From Epiperipatus broadwayi (Eukaryota; Animalia; Onychophora): a stretch of DNA of 64,000 nucleotides. Where the stretch lies: the NCBI GenBank assembly GCA_028023455.1, contig JAQFVV010000009.1, forward strand, positions 7,068,001-7,132,000, in the 5' to 3' direction. Positions 61,478 to 64,000 of the stretch are shown here, in pieces; position 1 is the first letter of the stretch, and each line of letters opens with the position of its first letter. A program made the position numbers and the translations under genes. The notes below the pieces were generated by a model that did not search any database, was not told where the DNA came from, and saw nothing but the letters and a program-made list of their open reading frames with translations.

Positions 61478-63383
61478 CTAGGGAGAAAAAATGCCATATA
61501 TTAATAAAAATATATTATAAAAACTTTTCAAAGATTAAAACATTATAGCTTTTACAAACTTAATTACTTAAATAATCTAATTATGTTTCAGTTGAAATTA
61601 GCTAAATAAAAACATAACATTAAACACAATACAAATAAACATTTGAGACTTCTCATTTAAAGCCTAGGCATTATAAAATTAGTATTTCACATGTGCAAAT
61701 TAAATTATCTGTCTGGTCATAAATTCTAATATATAAAGATCGTTGCTTATTATTTGTTATTCTACTAAAATAATTTATATAAAGAAGAAAAATTTGTTCC
61801 AAAGTTATCATTACTTAAATTGTGGAATGAAAAGCATTTGATATATTGCTAAATATTATTTTATATATTACACATATATAATTAATTAACATCTGCAAAT
61901 GTATACAAATAAGGAGAAATGCTTTCAACTTTCTAATTGCAGTGGTATAAACATTCTTTATTTCAATCATTATAGATTTAGGAAAAAACTTACAAATTCC
62001 TCTGTAGGATATATGTAATTAGAATTAACAATTCTCACGAGCTGCCTAAAGCATCTTCTATCCAAACATAATGATCTTGTATAACAACAAAAATATAACC
62101 AACTTAATTTTAAAACATCAATAATCATCACTAAATCATAAACAAGGCAGTCACATAAAATACATTTCCTTACTCGAAGGTTATATAATAAATATTTAAA
62201 TATAAAATAATTAACAGCACCTATATAAAAAATATGCAAATCAACTGAATTTATTCAATCTTTCAATCACAGTTCTGCAAACATTCTTTTACTCTGATTG
62301 CTATACTATATTAAAAAACTGATCAATATATAGATGCTTATGGTTATTTATATGTATATATATTTAGATGGTGTGTATTTATTATATAAAGTTTAGATAA
62401 TAAAAGGATTATATGACAGTCCTATCTCTTCTATTGTTTGTTTAGCTGTATGGAAAATGGCTGATTTATTGATAACTGCTGCATTGATTATTGATACATA
62501 TATATTTATCTTATATAGAAAGAATGTTATTAGAGGGGATTGAACAGAATTAGAAGCTCCCTTCCGCTTTCCACTCCAACTTATATAACTGATATACATG
62601 TATATACATTATACTTGTAATCAAATAGAAAGATTATTATATTTATATAAGAGATAGGTGATGTACAATGACAAAACTTGTTGATCTAAAATACATGCAT
62701 GCTGCAGAGCAATTAATTGTTTTTTCCACACATTTCAAGGAGTTATGATTCACTATGATTAACCAATTAATTAATTTTATTTACATATATTTATAGGAAT
62801 CGTTAGTTGTTTAATTACTTTAGATTTGTATTTGTTAAATATGATCTAAATAAATAAGCTAAAGGTAGATTATCAATGCTTTAAAATGATCATAGATCAA
62901 TAAATGTTAAATTTTTTGCATAGCATAGCAATCAAAATAAAGAATGTTTGCAGAATTATGATTGTTGAAGAAGTTTAATCAAATCAATTTATTTATATAT
63001 ATATCTATAAATATTACTAAAAATTATTCTTTAAGAATACTGATATAGATGTTCTCAGATTAGATAAATATCTAAATATAATGTAAGCTATCAGAGTAAA
63101 AAATTCAATCCTGATGATAAAATACTGTTAATGGAAAAAAATATTAAAAAAAGAAGAGCAAATAATAATGAGATTGAATAATTCTCTTCATAATCTACAA
63201 TAGCAATACAGATATAAAGGAAATATAAATAAAAATTATTCAGGATTCAAATATGTATAACATATAGCATATAGAATAAATAAAAAGAAACTACTTAGTA
63301 TATTATGAATCACGTAATCAATCATTCATTGACATTATAGTGTGAAGTTTTCAAAGCTAAGAGATTTTATTATAATCATATGT

Positions 63384-64000
63384 AATATATAGGGTATATG
63401 AGCACAGACTTTCACATGATCGACCACTCTCCACACTATCTCATAACACATACATTTGAACACATATATGTTGAAAAGGTAAATATCATCAGTTGGTCGA
63501 GATACGTATATTGGTGATTATTTTTTCAACATATATGTGTTCAAGTGTATCAGTGTTATGAGATAGTGTAGAGAGTGGTGGATCATGTGAAAGTCTGTGC
63601 TCATATACTCTATATATTCCATATATAGACACAGGTATATAATAAGCCTGTGTGTTCTTTGCCCATCCCTTGTATATGTATTAAATGTATTATGCCCTGT
63701 ACATGAGGGGTCAGATTGACATTAGATCAACATGGGTGTGACAAGAATCTCAACCTTAGGGTGGCCTTCGAGCATTCCATCGTCAGATTTTCAATTGGAT
63801 GAACGGTTGAAGAGTTGGAGTAGATTGAAGCCTGTCCATTAAAGTATGAGGTTTGGCTATCTTAATATATATCTGAGCACTTATAGCATATATGTGTAGA
63901 GATGGTAATCTGGACCAACTGATGATTGCTGGTTTAGCATGAAATACGTATGTTGGTGCTATCTTTTCAACATATATGTGTTCAAGTGTATCAGTGTTAT
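63384..64000 (+). mobile_element. R2 insertion with 5' foldback, in a DNAJC3 intron (antisense); continues past the window end
   Basis: Arms 63384-63477 and 63523-63618 are complementary; the downstream monomer is homologous to 17451-17720. Confidence 0.9.
63905..63960 (+). ncRNA. Type I hammerhead, probably inactive (N17=G, 10.1=T)
   Basis: gtaatct-gga-CCAA-CTGATGA(63919-63925)-TTGCTGGTTTAGCAT-GAAA-TACGTAT-G-TTGG. Confidence 0.75.

Noticed and set aside
61970-62239. ORF as the next upstream DNAJC3 exon
   Set aside because: No TPR/DNAJC3 similarity, and its donor is phase 0 whereas phase 2 is required.
63108-63145. CTGATGA...GAAA as a hammerhead
   Set aside because: No stem I-III pairing; expected by chance in AT-rich DNA.

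Overview
Very AT-rich animal (metazoan) genomic DNA with long introns; the species cannot be determined from this window. All coordinates, alignments and folds were read by eye, so repeat boundaries are approximate. Two spliced genes converge tail to tail. On the + strand are the last two exons of an unidentified gene (21063-21099, 27076-27292). On the - strand are the last five exons of DNAJC3/P58IPK (61477 down to 47945), giving TPR repeats, a J-domain with HPD and a C-terminal FKFHFN. The rest is layered, mostly dead mobile DNA: a near full-length LINE with an esterase-like ORF1, plus RTE, L1/Tx1, Penelope, hAT, mariner and Merlin-like remnants and MITEs. Most ORF-track entries are spurious. 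The main discovery is a set of hammerhead-ribozyme repeats. Family R2 has an ~450-nt monomer in tandem and inverted arrays at four loci (14.9, 16.7-18.6, 26.1-26.8 and 63.4-64 kb). Each monomer carries a type I hammerhead with consensus ATGATCT-GGA-CCAA-CTGATGA-GTGCTG-GTT-CAGCAC-GAAA-TACGTAT-A/TTGG-AGATCAT, which fits a retrozyme-like element. Two further families (R1 and a hairpin at 55.3 kb) carry minimal Penelope-type hammerheads. Five short insertions have 13-16 bp target-site duplications and four of them also fold back, suggesting one retrotransposition machinery, with Penelope the local candidate. Ribozyme activity is predicted only.
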